A DNA stretch of 64,000 nucleotides from the human T2T-CHM13v2.0 reference genome, Homo sapiens: the NCBI RefSeq assembly GCF_009914755.1, contig NC_060928.1, one strand, 5' to 3'. A program made the position numbers and the translations under genes. Of the stretch, positions 33,488-51,115 are shown piece by piece (position 1 is the first letter of the stretch; every line of letters starts with the position of its first letter). The notes under the pieces are model-generated. The model did not search any database and was not told the DNA's origin. It saw only the letters and a program-made list of their open reading frames with translations.

Positions 33488-33705
33488 CAGCGGTCACCAA
33501 ACCTTGTCTGTAAAAAGTCACATAGTCAATATTTTAGACTTTGAAAGCCATGGGTTTCTAACACAGCTATTCAACTGTGCCAGTGTAGCATGAAAACAGC
33601 AAGAGACAATACATAAACAAAGGAGCATGGGCTGTATTCCAATAAAACTTTATTTACAAAAACAGCTGGTAGACCAAATTTGACCCATATAGTTTGCTGA
33701 TCCTG
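33488..33705 (-). mobile_element. MER58A
   Basis: TTCCAATAAAACTTTATTTACAAAAACAG, CAG...CTG termini, and 8-bp TSD gtctatac/gtgtatac. Confidence 0.85.
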
Positions 33706-33822
33706 GTGTATACCATAAACATGAGCAAAATGACCTGTTAAGTTTGTTTAGATTCTATGCAGATGCAAGCACCAAGGTAAAAATTTAGCTAGGAAGTTAC
33801 AGTTGTTCCCCTGGGACATTAA

Positions 33823-34151
<329 letters not shown>

Positions 34152-34544
34152 TAGAGTCAATTTTTTCTGTATGTATTTTTATGTTTAACCAAATTCAAAC
34201 ATTTAGCTCAATCAAACCACTGACCCACTCTTGTAGATCCTTTAAGAATGTCTCTCAGGGAATACCTAGTAAGACATGAAATCTAAGTTCCCTTTCTCTT
34301 CCTCTTCTATTTAATTTTTCTTAACTTCTATATGCTTTGTTGTTGGTAATAAAACATACGAGTCAAGGGCAAGAGCATGAAGAAAGGTATGGAGGTATGT
34401 CATGGTCTGTGCTGGAGTGAAGACTGCATGACAGGCCAGGCAGGGTGGAAGGGGCGACTGCTTGTGTCTGCAAGCCTCCAAGACCTTCTTGGTGTTCCAA
34501 GAGTTTTCATGTAATACAAGCTTTTTGATAAAATATATGAAGCA

Positions 34545-34640
34545 GTGACTATTTCCATTTCGAAGATGAGATCCAAAGAGTTTAGATGTCTTGCCCAGGG
34601 TCGTATGTCAGAAACAAAAAAGCTCTTGGCATCACAGAAG
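34545..34640 (-). mobile_element. MIR fragment
   Basis: TTTCCATTTCGAAGATGAG...CTTGCCCAGGGTC is the MIR core. Confidence 0.5.
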
Positions 34641-34784
34641 GTGCAAAAAGTAGAATCATAGCCACTCTCTTTGCTTATAGTCAAATATAGACAAAGAACC
34701 AAAAATACAGACCCAAAGATCAAAAACATACATTTATCTAGTTTGGGTTACACAGAAATCCATCTACATAATCTAAGTATTCAG

Positions 34785-35215
34785 TGACGTCAGAATAAAT
34801 GATGGCTCTGTGAGGCCTACTTACAAAAATAATCAGAAACCATAGTATGGAGAAAAGCTAGTTTAAAAACAATCAAGTGAAAAATATAAACTCTCTGACT
34901 GACTGCCACAAAGACTCGGCTAAATGGGCTTTTCTCAGCTATTTTACTTCTCCCCAGGCATTAACCTCCCTCCCCCAAGGAGCTTCCTTTGAAAGCTAAC
35001 CCAGTGGTGCCAAGCAAGTGCTTGGCAATCTTTCCTTTAAAATATGTGGTGTTATCCAAGCAGGTCGGATAGGCTAGATTTCTCCTGACCAACATTTTGG
35101 TGATGGATTTCCAAGGTAATCCATAGCCTCCGAGTGTGAGCAGAAGTAGAAAGATACCACCTAGGACAGCAGACTGTGAGGAGGTGTTTCTCACTCATTT
35201 GAGTCAGCACCTGTC
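34785..35215. promoter_or_regulatory. Candidate enhancer: CRE plus NF-E2/AP-1 site plus E-box
   Basis: TGACGTCA at 34785-34792 and TGAGTCAGCA at 35200-35209 overlapping CACCTG, in apparently non-repetitive DNA. Motif evidence only. Confidence 0.3.
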
Positions 35216-35544
35216 TTCACTAGGCACCTTGCAGAGCAACAGCAGATTTGTCTAACCACTTTGCTTTGTTCTAATTTTCCAAACTTGCCAATCTTTGTGG
35301 TAGTCATTACAGGAATCCAAAAAAGATGCTTAGAATTCCAGGATATGGTATTGTGTCTCCCAAGGCGTGTGCCTTCCTTCTGAGTTGTGCATTCCAACAT
35401 GACACTGATTCTAGATAGGACTTGCAGTGAGAGGAAAAGGAAAAGGATTATTGCCAAAGGCCTTTTCTTCAAACCAAGAAGAATGTGTAAAATGAGGGGC
35501 TTATCAACCATAATATGTATCAAAGTGAAGCTGCCTGAGGTGAT

Positions 35545-35765
35545 GAAAAGAAAATTAAACTTTAAGTCAGAGTCTCTAGACTCAAATACAGATTTCAGAA
35601 TGGATTAGCTAAGAGACTTTGATGTTAATCTCACTTCCATTTCCTTACATGCAAGACACAACAATAACAACAAAAAAATCTCCATTTTGAGGTTGATATA
35701 CAGCATCATAGAGACAAAAAAAAATTAATGTAAAGATTCTGATATGTATTGTATACTTAATAAAT
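35545..35765 (+). mobile_element. MIR fragment
   Basis: AACTTTAAGTCAGAG...GTTAATCTCACTTCCATTTCCTTACATGCAA...TACTTAATAAATAGTA. Confidence 0.45.
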
Positions 35766-36130
35766 AGTACTTTTTGTTATCATCTGTTGAGTAATAATTA
35801 TATTTTGTCTCATAAAAATGTATGCCAAAATTCAGAATAGATTATTTTCAAAATTCTGAGTTAAAGTTGATGTAATTAATATCATAATACTACTTATTAA
35901 AATATAAACAGTTTCTGTTCTATTTCCTTATTAGGTATTTGGTTTTCACTTTAACTTTCTTACTATCATATCTCAGGTACTTTTATCTAATCTGTGAATA
36001 TCTAGGGCAAATTCTTCAATAATAAATACTATATTAAAATAAATGTCTTATCTTCTGACAAATGACAAATGTATTAACAAGTAAGAGAATTTGTTTTCTT
36101 CTCCAAGCAACTGAATAATAAATCAACTTT

Positions 36131-36170
36131 TTCCATTTAAAATCACCATCTTCCATTTAAAATCACCATC
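36131..36170. repeat. Perfect 20-bp tandem duplication
   Basis: TTCCATTTAAAATCACCATC occurs twice in tandem. Confidence 0.97.
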
Positions 36171-36839
36171 ATCAATTTTCTTATTAATATGGATTTTTAT
36201 TTAAAGACCCCAGAGTTAATCCTTCAGTTCTCAAAGTTTATAATAGTATAGAAACACTATGTTTTAAATTCAGGGGAAACTTATAATATTAGACTTAAAT
36301 CAACAACCTCTAAGACCCTTTCGGGAAATACATCTCTTTGTAAGGAAAGTTTTCTGCCATTTTATTTACTTGATAAAGTAAACAGATATTCTCACACATT
36401 TTCTAAAATACATGCAGTAACGGATTAGGAGAAAAGAGAAGAGTTTTAGAAAATCATACCAGATCATCTCTCCTTTACCCTTGTGCTACATTCATTTTCT
36501 AGATTATTAGATAAATCATATTATTTGTATAATTTAAATTAATAATATAGAAACTTGAAGCATCACATCTGTGTTTTTTGCACAAATTAACTCATATATC
36601 ACAGAAACAAGTCCTAGACTCATACACTGAGGTGAACTAAGGAACTGAATATCTCCTCATTTTCCAAATGAAGGAATGGAGGCCCCAAAAGAGAGAACTT
36701 TTATGAGTCCCACACATTCCTATCCTCATTCTTACTCGATCAAAAGGGAGATTCAGTTTTTAGTCAAAATTCCTAATTCTTACCAAAACGTGTGCTTTGT
36801 CTGCACATGCTCCCGGGTGTTAGAAGTCAAGCCTTCTCT

Positions 36840-37000
36840 AGAAGGGTGAGAGGACAAAGAGGGCTTGTGGGGTACCCATAAAGTGCTATCTCCGGATCTG
36901 GGTGCTGGTTCATACAGGTGTGCTCACCTTGTGAAAATCCATCAGGCTGCAAGCTTATGCTTTGTGCTCTTTCCTGTATATATGTTATATTTCAATAAAT
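36840..37000 (+). mobile_element. L1ME-type extreme 3' end
   Basis: GATCTGGGTGCTGGTT...TTGTGAAAATCCATCAGGCTG...GTATATGTTATATTTCAATAAA. Confidence 0.7.
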
Positions 37001-37059
37001 TTAATAAGATGCTTTCAAACTTTCTGTTCTGTGATAATTGACATGTATCACATTATAGT

Positions 37060-38335
37060 AGAAAGTCGCTCATCTTTTACTGAACACCTCCTACTTGCCA
37101 AGCATTGTACTGCTAATGTAAAGACAAATGAGGTTAAAATCTAAGCCCTCAAGCATCACAGACAAGCAAATAGTTACAATACTGTGAACAAAGTGATGAC
37201 AGCTGAACAGAAAAGGAGCTGTGGGGACCGGGCGCCTGAGTCAGCTGTGGTGGAGGTGAACAGTGTGCTGAGGAGAAGCTTCAAAAAATTAACACATTTG
37301 ATTCATGTCTTGTATTAGTTGTGGATTGCTCCTATAACAAATTACCGCAAACTTAGTAGCTTCAAACAATATAAATGGATTATCTCACAGTTCCTGGGAT
37401 CGAAAGTCCAAAATCAGTCTCACTGGGCTAAAGTCAAGGGGTTGGCAGGGATAGTTCCTCTTGGAAGCTCTAAGGGAGAAGCTGTTTGCTTGCCTTTTTC
37501 AGAATCTGAAGTCTCCTGCATTCCTGGTCCGTGGCCCCTTACTCCACCTTCAAAGCCAGAAGTGTAACATCTGCAACACACTCTCTCTCTCTGACCTCTG
37601 TTTTTGTCTTCATGTCTCCTGTTGATCTTGACCTTCCTACCTCCCTCTTATAATGACCCTTGTGATTATATTGGGCCCACTTAGATAATCCAGGATAATA
37701 TCCCCAAGCCAAGATTCTTAATTTAATCACTTCTGCAAAGTCTCTTTTTATCACATAATATAACATATTCAGAGGTTCCAGGAATTAGGACATGGAAATT
37801 GGGAGGAGGGTGAGGAAGACATTATTCAGTCTACCACATGTCCTGAAAGATGAGTAGATGTTAGCTAACTGGACAAGAGACAAATGATATGACTGGAAGA
37901 AGGAATCAGACTTCTGAATCCTACACTTTGGTAAATCTGGATAGAAACGTAGGTCAGATTATAAAGTCATTATTAATGCCAAGTTAAGGAGACTGTGTTC
38001 CAAAACAAACCACAGAAGGGTCTTAAGAAGAGTGATATGATCTCATGTGTATTTTTCAAGTATATTTTGACAACAATGTATTAGCTAGAATTAGAGGGAT
38101 TCAGAAGACTAAAAGAGGCATGAAGGCATCAAGCTATTGTGACGGTTCAAGGAGAGGGTCTGAACTAAACAAATAGTTTGGAGATGGAAACGCAGGTCCT
38201 GGTTGAAGAGGGACTTAGTAAGAACCTGGTGAGATAAGGATGTGAGTAAAAGCAGGGAAGAAGGTGAATGATGAATAATAGCATCATCAACTAAAATTTC
38301 TTCAGGAAAAGGAGGAAACTAGAGGTGGAAGAGAA
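37060..38335 (-). mobile_element. L2, interrupted by MLT1 and by the L1PA8A (resumes at ~44725-44800)
   Basis: TTTTACTGAACACCTCCTACTTGCCAAGCATTGT at the 3' end. TTTTGGATA...ATGTTGAGTTTGAGGTGCCT resumes beyond the L1. Confidence 0.65.
37311..37838 (-). mobile_element. MLT1C/D-like MaLR solo LTR
   Basis: Runs from TGTATTAGTT...ATAACAAATTACC to ACATTATTCAGTCTACCACA. 5-bp TSD tgtct/tgtcc. Confidence 0.85.
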
Positions 38336-38545
38336 TAGGTTCTTTATTTTTTCTAAAAAATAAAAAACGGGGTACATGTGCAGAACGTGCAGGTTTGTTA
38401 CACAGGTATACATGTGCCATGGTGGTTTGCTGCACCTGTTGACCCATCCTCTAAGTTGCCTCCCCTAGACCCCCCATCCCCCAAACAGGCCATAGTGTGT
38501 GTTGTTCCCCTCTGTGTGTCCATGTTTTCTCCATGATCAGCTCCC

Positions 38546-42340
<3,795 letters not shown>

Positions 42341-42418
42341 TGAATTTGATACTATCGTTATGATGCTTTTTGGTTATTTTACACACCAGTTGCAGTTTCT
42401 TCATAGTGTCATTGGTCT

Positions 42419-43390
42419 TTATATTTTGGTGTGTTTTTGCAGTGGCTTGTCCTGGTTTTTCCTTTTCATATTTAGTGCTTCTTTCAGGAGCTCTTGCAGG
42501 GCAGGCCTGGTGGTAATAAAATCCCTCAGCATTTTCTTGTCTGGAAAGGATTTTATTTCTCCATTGCATATGAAGCTTAGTTTGGCTGGATATGAAATTC
42601 TGGGTTGAAAATTCTTTTCTTTAAGAATGTTGAATATTGGCCCCCAATATCTTCTGGCTTGTAGAGTTTCTGCTGAGAGGTCCACTGTTAGTCTGATGGG
42701 CTTCCCTTTGTAGGTTACCTGACCTTTCTCTCTGGCTGCCCTTAACAGTTTTTCCTTCATTTCAACCTTGGAGAATCTGATGATTATGTGTCTTGGGGTT
42801 GATCTTCTCGTGGGGTATCTTAATGGTGTTTGCTGAATTTGCATGTTGGTCTGTCTTGCTAGGTTGGGGAAGTTCTCCTGGATAATATCCTGAAGTGTGT
42901 TTTCCAGCTTGTTTCCATTCTCCCCGTCTCCTTCTTGTACTCCAATCAATTGTAGCTTTGGTCTTTTTATGAAGTCCCATATTTCTTGGAGGCTTTGTTC
43001 ATTCCTTTCATTCTTTTCTCTCTATTCTTGTCTGCATGTCTTATTTCAGTAAGGTGGTCCTCAAACTCTGATATCCTTTCTTCCACTTGGTTGATTCAGC
43101 TGTTGATACTTGCGTATGCATCATGAAGTTCTCCTGTTGTGTTTTTCAACTCCATCTGGTTGTTTATGTTCCCCTCTAAACTGGTTATTCTAATTAGCAA
43201 TTCCTCTAACCTTTTATCAAGGTTCTTGGCTTCTTTGCATTGGGTTAGAATATGCTCCTTCAGCTCAGCATAGTTTTTCATTACCCATCTTCTGAAGGCT
43301 ACTTCTGTCAATTCCTCCATCTGATCCTCTGTCTAGTTCTTCACCTTTGATGGAGAGATGTTGCGATCATTTAGAGAAGAGGCACTCTGG
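42419..43390 (-). pseudogene. L1 ORF1p, frameshifted
   Basis: ORFs 43096..43320 (coiled coil) and 42419..42949 (QDIIQENFPNLAR, YPAKLSF, TTRPALQELLKE). Confidence 0.9.
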
Positions 43391-44824
43391 TCTTTTGGGT
43401 TTTCAGCATTTTTTGTTGTTGTTGATTCTTTCTCATCCTCGTGAGTTTGTCTAGTTTTGGTCCTTGAAGCTGCTACCCTTGGATGGGGTTTTTGTGGGGG
43501 TCTTTTTTGTTGTTGTTGGTGGTGGTGGTGGTGTTGTTATTGTCGCTTTCTGCTTGTTTGTTTTTCCTTCAATAATCAGGTCCCTCTTCTATAGGGCTCC
43601 TGCAGTTTGCTGGGGGTTCACTTCAGGCCCTATTCATCTGATTTGTTCCAATGCCTGGAGATGTCATTCAAGGAGGCTGGAGAACAGCAAAGATGGGTGC
43701 CTACTCCTTCCTCTGGGACCTCTGACCTCGAGAGGCACCAACCTGATGCCAGTAGAATTGCTCCCATATAGAGTGTCTGACAACCCCTGTTGGAGGGTCT
43801 CACCCAGTTGGGCGGCACGGGGAGCAGGACCCATTTAATGAAGCTCTTTGTCCCTTGATGGAGAGGGTGTGCTTTGCTGAGGGAAACCCACTTGTCTGGG
43901 CTGCCCAGATTCCTCAGAACTACCAGAAGGAGAGGCTAAGTCTGCTGCAGAGACTGCAGCCGCCCCTCCCGCTAGGGGCTCAGGCCCAGGGAGATCCAAA
44001 TTCTGTCCCTGAGCCTCTGGCTGGAATTATTGGAGATCCTGCAGGGAAGATCCGCCCACTGAGGAAGGATGGGTCAGGGTTAGACCTGAAGAGCCACTGT
44101 AGGCCCTGACTGCCACAGCCAGTGTGTTGGGCTGTGGGGACAAGTCTTGGGACCAAGCCATCCAGCCTCCCTGGCTCTAGCAGGGGAGAAGCGCAGCTTG
44201 GAGCTACAGAAGTAGGTGCTGCTCTTCCCCTGCCCAGAGAGCTTAGCATGTTAGGCAGTTTCGAGTCCCAGTGATGGCTGCTGCCCCTCCCCAAAGGAGC
44301 TCAAATGCTTAGACAACAGGCAGTGGCAGGTGCTGGATGCCCCTCCCCCGGAAGTTCGATAGGCTTAAGCAGATTCTAGCCGAAGAATCTGCGCATTCTG
44401 GGGTTGGGACGCTAGGCCCCGGTGGCATGGGTTTGCGAGTGGGATCTTCCGATCATTGGGTTGCACAGTTCCGTGGGAAAAGCACAGTTTTCCCAGCTGG
44501 GTAGCGCGCTCACTCACTGCCTCCCTTGGCTGGCGGGAGGGGGGTCCCCTTCCCCGTGTGGGTCTTCCTTCTCTCCATGGCTCACGCCAGATTTCTAGTC
44601 AATTTTGATGAGAGAAACTGGATACCTTGGTTGCCAGTGAAGGATTCATACGTTTATTATGTTTTTTTTTCCATGGGAGCCTCCCAACTCAGCTGCTTCT
44701 AGTAAGCCATCTTGGCCCCACTCAGATGATAGTTTCTATTTTGGATACATCAGATGTTGAGTTTGAGGTGCCTAGAAGCCTTAATTGTGGAGATACTTAG
44801 TCATTAATCACACACATTGGTCTA

Positions 44825-45520
44825 TTCTACTACATATGACTACCAGAGGAATCTTGTTAAAACACCAGATTGTGTCTCTTCACTGGTCAAAACCGCAAAT
44901 GGCTTCAGTCTCATTCTGAGTGAAATCCAAAGCCCTCACAATGGCCTGATAGGTTTTTACAATCTAGCGACCTCTCAGAACTTGTTCTCTCCTCTTCCTC
45001 ACCTCACTCATTACACTCTAGCCAGGCTTGCACACAGCCTCTGATAAAAGCATGCTCCCACTTCTGGGCCCTTGAACATGCCCTTTCCTCAGCCTGAACC
45101 TCTCTTCTCCCAGATTCCCATGTGTTTCCTGCCCTGACTTGCTTCAGGGCTTAATCATATTTTCAGTGGTGTCTTCCTTGACCATCCTATTTAAAACTTC
45201 TCCCCACCTCCCACCCCCTCCCCCAATCCTAGTAGTCTGAATCTCTCTTTCCTGCTTTAGTTTGTCGATAGCTAGCACTGTTCTCTGTAAAAGTACACTT
45301 AACTTTATTTGTTTGTTTATTGTTCTTGCTTACCTCCCGAGCTCCTCCCCAACCACTAGAATGTAAGTTTCATGACTACACATGACTACCAGAGGAACCT
45401 TGTTAAAATGTCAGATTGTGACTCTTTACTAGTCAAAACCATTACAAATGGCTCGAGTTTCATTTTGAGTAACACTAAGTGGCACACAATAGCAACTCAA
45501 TAAATACTTGCTGAATGATT
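44825..45520 (+). mobile_element. L2 3' portion containing a local ~95-bp duplication
   Basis: CCAGAG...CTTGTTAAAA...CAGAT, AAATCCAAAGCCCTCACAATGGCCT, CACTAGAATGTAAGTTTCATGA and CTCAATAAATACTTGCTGAATGA. Confidence 0.75.
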
Positions 45521-46728
45521 AGTGCTGGAGCACAGGAAAGAAGCTCAAATAGAAGCATTGTTTCAAGAGTCACATAAGTAGAGGCTGACATTGGCACATC
45601 CACAGTGCTGCAAAGGCATGTACACCTTTCTAGATGTTTTTATAGCTCTTAGATTACAACTGAAAAAGCATAAAAAGGAGGAGAGACAAAGTCTGTAGGA
45701 AAAAGAAAAGTAGTGTTTAGGCACTTACGAAAACACTCAAAAAAAATCAACCATTTTATACCTCATAATTTGTGAAATTATACCTTATTCATACAAGATC
45801 ATTTTTTATTAATAACATGAAACCAAAGAATTAACTAAATTTTGCAAAATTTATGCAACAGTAAAGATATGAAAGGTAAAGTTTCTTGCATTTGAGATGC
45901 CTGCAATTTTTAAAATAGATTTTAAAATATATCACTGCTCACTAACACTTACTTGATCTTATGTCTCTATTTAATGATGCATCAAATGAAGGTCGAGTTC
46001 TAGTGTTTCAGTTCAAAACAGTTCTTAATAATAGCATCCTTCAGCATGAATAAGTGAACTGCCAGCTGAGAAGCCACCCTAATGAAAACAGGCTCCTGTA
46101 GGAATTGTAAAGTGGCTTATGATGCTTCCAGTGAACATCAGAAAGGGCCCATAAAGTGTAGCATAAAGTGTGTACGTGCATTTTGTGATTCCTAGAAGAC
46201 ATGTTGGTAAGGCCATAAAATGTTAGCAACCAATTTAAAAACCAGCTCTAGGCTGGATAATGAAAGGGCTGAGCTTCTTATTAAGTATTCTCACATTTTT
46301 TATTTTGAATTGCATCATGTGATCTCTTTGAGTCTGAGAAATTTTCTTTTTAAAACTCTACTGTGAAATTTGGAAGGCTCTAGATTGCTTCCCCATCCTT
46401 CAGCATTGACACAATATTTCCTATGTTACACTTTGCAGTATCTAACATTTGGGAATTTTATCCAATATGTGGTCTAGATATGCATTTTTCTCCTTCTTAT
46501 AAACATTAATATAGCTATCTCCAGGAAATCTGCTCAACATTCTATTTCATTTCATACATCTAAAATTTTGAGCTAGTATTTGTAACCATGTTCCTGGAAA
46601 ATATGACTTAAGTCATATTCAGTACCTGGGTAGCCTGTCTCTTTTAGTCCTGTACATGTCATAACACTAACTATAAGAGCTCTTTAGACAGCTTATATTC
46701 GAGTGCTTTGAAAACATTCATTTGCTGA

Positions 46729-47112
<384 letters not shown>

Positions 47113-47628
47113 CACAGTGCCAATTCTTAATAAGGAGAACATATCTCTATCTTTAGTTATTTAGGCCTTGTGGGTCTACCACTCAAGAGGAATGTTACAT
47201 GGGCCAGTAAAAAAATATTTGATTGAAGTTTAAAATGCCTCTAAAACCAGTTCTGCCACCAACTGTACAATTTGGGGAAAGTTTACTTAATTCCTTCTGG
47301 TCCAGTTTTCTGATATGCAAAATGAAAGGGTAAAGTAGATGATGTTTAAAAATCTAATTAAACCCCAAAATATATTACTCAAAATTATTTTTAAATACTT
47401 TATCTGTAATTGGTTTATATGGCCATCAGGTTGGCATAATAAACACTCTTAGAATAAATAGGCAAATAATGTTTCTTACTTTCCAGACATGATTAATAGA
47501 CAGTTAATCACATGTTTTTCTATGCTATTATCCTTCCATTTATCCTTTCATTTAAAAATTGAAACTCATCATTACAAAGAAATAAACATTCAAAAATAAA
47601 TTAAATAACCTTAAAAGTCAAGTTGTTG

Positions 47629-47962
<334 letters not shown>

Positions 47963-48069
47963 TTATATAATGAACATTTTTGTTGCTTAAATTGAATGTA
48001 TTCCCTGCTGTTGCCCTTTTAACACAACGCCAATTTTGGTTAAATCATTAAGAAGGGAAAACTAACAAA

Positions 48070-48290
48070 CACTTCCATGGTGCTTACCATGTGTTCTTAG
48101 TAGTTTACATCTAATAACTCACTTAAACCTCAGAGTAATATCATGAGGTAGGTCCTGTTACCACCTCCACTACAGATGAAGAAACCGAGAGTCAGCTTGC
48201 CTGAACTCACAGAGCAGGTGAACAGAAGAGGTGGGACTGGAATGCAGGCAGTGGGACACTAGAGTCTGCTGGTCACCACGCTACTCCTCC
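48070..48290 (-). mobile_element. MIR
   Basis: CTCACTTAAACCTCA...ATGAGGTAGG...TACAGATGAAGAAACCGAG. Confidence 0.7.
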
Positions 48291-48329
48291 CACACACAGC
48301 CAGTCTGGCATAGGAAGTTAATTCCCTAC

Positions 48330-48778
48330 AACTTCAGGAGGGTCTCTTGATTAGTAGCCAATCATATCATCCCAACCAACCTACCAAGTACTAAATGGTA
48401 TTCCTCAACATCCCGTGATGCTCCAGGGTAGTGTGCAACCTAAGTTGGACCAATCAGACTAAAGGTAAGAATCTTTACTCCTTGGTGGGAGGGTAGGTTT
48501 ACTCAGCTTCAGCCAGAGAGAATAAGGATGCATGTTAATTGCCAATTCTGCCAACCGTCAACCAACTGCCAACCATGAAGGAAGCCAGCTTAAAGTAAAG
48601 AAGGAAGAGGGAAGAACCAAAATAATCATTAAGATGAGAAAGCGAAGCCTCTATTGTACTATACCCTCAGCCTGCTCTGTCTCTGTCTCTGTATTTTCCT
48701 CTATGTTCTCTCATTGTTTAAGCCAGCTTGAATCAGGGTATCACTTTCTTCTACTCAAAAGCATCCTGAGAAATACTG
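48330..48778 (+). mobile_element. Old MLT1 (K/L-like) LTR
   Basis: ACCTAAGTTGGACCAATCAGA and the terminus TTGTTTAAGCCAGCTTGAATCAGG...AAAGCATCCTGAGAAATAC. Confidence 0.55.
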
Positions 48779-48944
48779 GTATAATTGAGCACCATATTTA
48801 CAAATCCTAAATAGTTAACAATCATTGTTTAATCTAACTCATGTTTTCTCCCTGCCCTGATCCCAGGTCCTGTTAATATACATTTTTGTTAACTCCCATT
48901 GAATCTTTACTGCTGAGTTTTTTCCTCTCCAGGAGATTCATTAA

Positions 48945-49340
48945 TTGGACAAAGATTTATTGAGCACTTACTCTGTCTGAGGCATCGTTAGGCCATGATT
49001 TAGTCAGATAAATGAGTCACAGCCCCTACTCTCATAGAATTAAGGTCTAGAAGGGAGAAAGACACATAAATCAACAAATTACCATAATAGGTGATGGTGC
49101 TATAATAGATAAACACTGTGTGTGTAGTTGTGTGTGTGTGTGTGTTGTGTAGGTGATCTGACAATACAGAAAATGGAATTTCTAAGATGGTTTGGAGGAC
49201 TTGATGAGTGCTTCACAGTAGAGGTGACATTTTATTTGGGTCTTGAAAGATGACTAGGAGATTTATAATAGAGAAAAGGCATTCTAGGGACTGGGAAAAA
49301 CATGGTCAGCAGCATCGAACTATGGAAGTGTTGGGAATGT
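48945..49340 (-). mobile_element. L2 3' fragment containing a (TG)n run at 49117-49150
   Basis: ATTTATTGAGCACTTACTCTGT, CAGCCCCTACTCTCATAGAA and GAGGTGACATTT...GGGTCTTGAAAGATGA. Confidence 0.75.
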
Positions 49341-50662
49341 AGGTTAATGGCAAAAAGTTCCAAGTGATAACATCCTTCAAAAAATTTAAAAGAGACAATT
49401 TTCAGGATGTCAGGCTTGGCCAATCTCAAAGGTCCTTCTAATTTTTTGTTGTCATATATCAAGTAGCTGGACACTTTTCTTCCCCTCAGCCAACATGATC
49501 TCTGTAGGGTTAACAGAGCTAAATAAAGAGTCAAAGCTGTGTTTCTTTGGTTTTTGCATTTCTCTGTCTCAGGCCAGAAGCAAAAAGCGCAAAGAAGTAC
49601 TCAATCGCCATATGGTGTTTATGAGATCCTGATTTTTGTGAAACCCTGTGGTTACTTTTTGACAGCCATATAATTTCTCAGTGTGTCATTGGTTTTTTTC
49701 TAATTTTTAAAGCTTGTGTTTCACAATCAGTTTAGAGAGATTATTTGAAAATTGCTGGTTGTTTAAATTAAAATGTTAAATTCGTTTGTTAACATCTTTT
49801 GTAAAGCCAGCTCACAATCTCGTGTGAGATACAAACTGTATTCTAACCAACAGTCAAGAAAACTTATCAAGATAACTCAGTAATTAGTTTTTTTAAAATC
49901 TCAATTCATCATTCAACATTTAAACAATATACCTTTACTAGGCACCTACCATATGCATATTATAGGCACTGGGAATTTTATGAGAAGGCAGCCTAGAAGT
50001 TAGTAGACATTAAATGATGAAATAGTTAAATCTCAAATGGCTACAGCCAGAAAAGGTTTTTTATGATACCACAAGGAAGTTTTATAGAGCTCATGCTTCA
50101 TCAAAGAAGAATCTTTCTCAAGTCAGACTCCACAGAACAACTCTTCTTGCCCACCTAAACTGAGAATCGGGATATACGATCTCCTTCTAACACAATGCAG
50201 GGTTAACCAGAAAGATTTACTCCTGTAGACTGAGGCAAAGAGAAACAGACTGAAAACACCAAAGAGCAGTAATATCATTATTTCTGTAATAAAGAGCTGC
50301 TGAACTGCAATCTTATTAAATATTTCAAAGGAGAACAAACCATAAATCTGAGTATTATAATGGTGAGAATAAAGATGTGCTATCAATAAAGGCACTATTG
50401 GAAATCTAAGTTCTGAACAAATTCAGAAAGACTTAGAAGGCTCTGAAATACTTTTTAAAAGTATAATTTAGCACAGGAAAATATAGAACTAATCTAAATC
50501 AGCAAACCAAAATAATAAAGGAGAAGAAATCTAAATAGGCCCAAGTAAATTCCCTTGGCCATATCAACCTCTGGCTTCTGTCAGTTCCCTTGTGAGGAGA
50601 AACTAACGGCTAAAGCCAGAATTTTATTATACATACATGCATACACACACACACACACACCA

Positions 50663-51115
50663 TATGCTTTCAGATGCATATAATGAAACCTAACAGTGGC
50701 TAAAATAAATAGGAGCTTATTTTTATTGCTTCAAAAGACATCTGGAGGTGGGTGGCTGCTAGCATTGGTTTAGTGGCTCAGTTATGTAAGGCCAGTGTCT
50801 ATGATTCTCCTGTGCAGATTCCTTCATCATCACAAGGCGGTTGCTGTAATTCTAAGCATCACATCCCCATTAGCTGCTAAAACAAGTAGGGGTGGACCTG
50901 TGCCCACCAAATTGTCCCTGTTAATTTGGAAAGAGACATTTTCTCAGATGCTATGCCAGCAGACTTCCACTTGGGTAGAACTATGTCACCCCTTTTGTCA
51001 AAGGAAGCTGGAAAGAGAACTTTAAAAAATCTTTCCAGCCTCTATAATGTAAGAAGGCAGGAGAAAATACGGTTTGGAAGTGATTTGGGGTCAGTCAGAA
51101 CCAGGTCTATCTGCA
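50663..51115 (-). mobile_element. Old MLT1 (J/I-like) LTR, preceded by (CA)n at 50631-50662
   Basis: ATGCTTTCAGATGCA...AACAGTGGCTAAAATAAATAGG..., CCAGCAGACTTCC and AAGGAAGCTGGAAA. Confidence 0.55.

Noticed and set aside
46600-46619. Perfect 20-bp palindrome AATATGACTTAAGTCATATT
   Set aside because: Real, but 10-bp AT-rich arms are within chance expectation for 64 kb.
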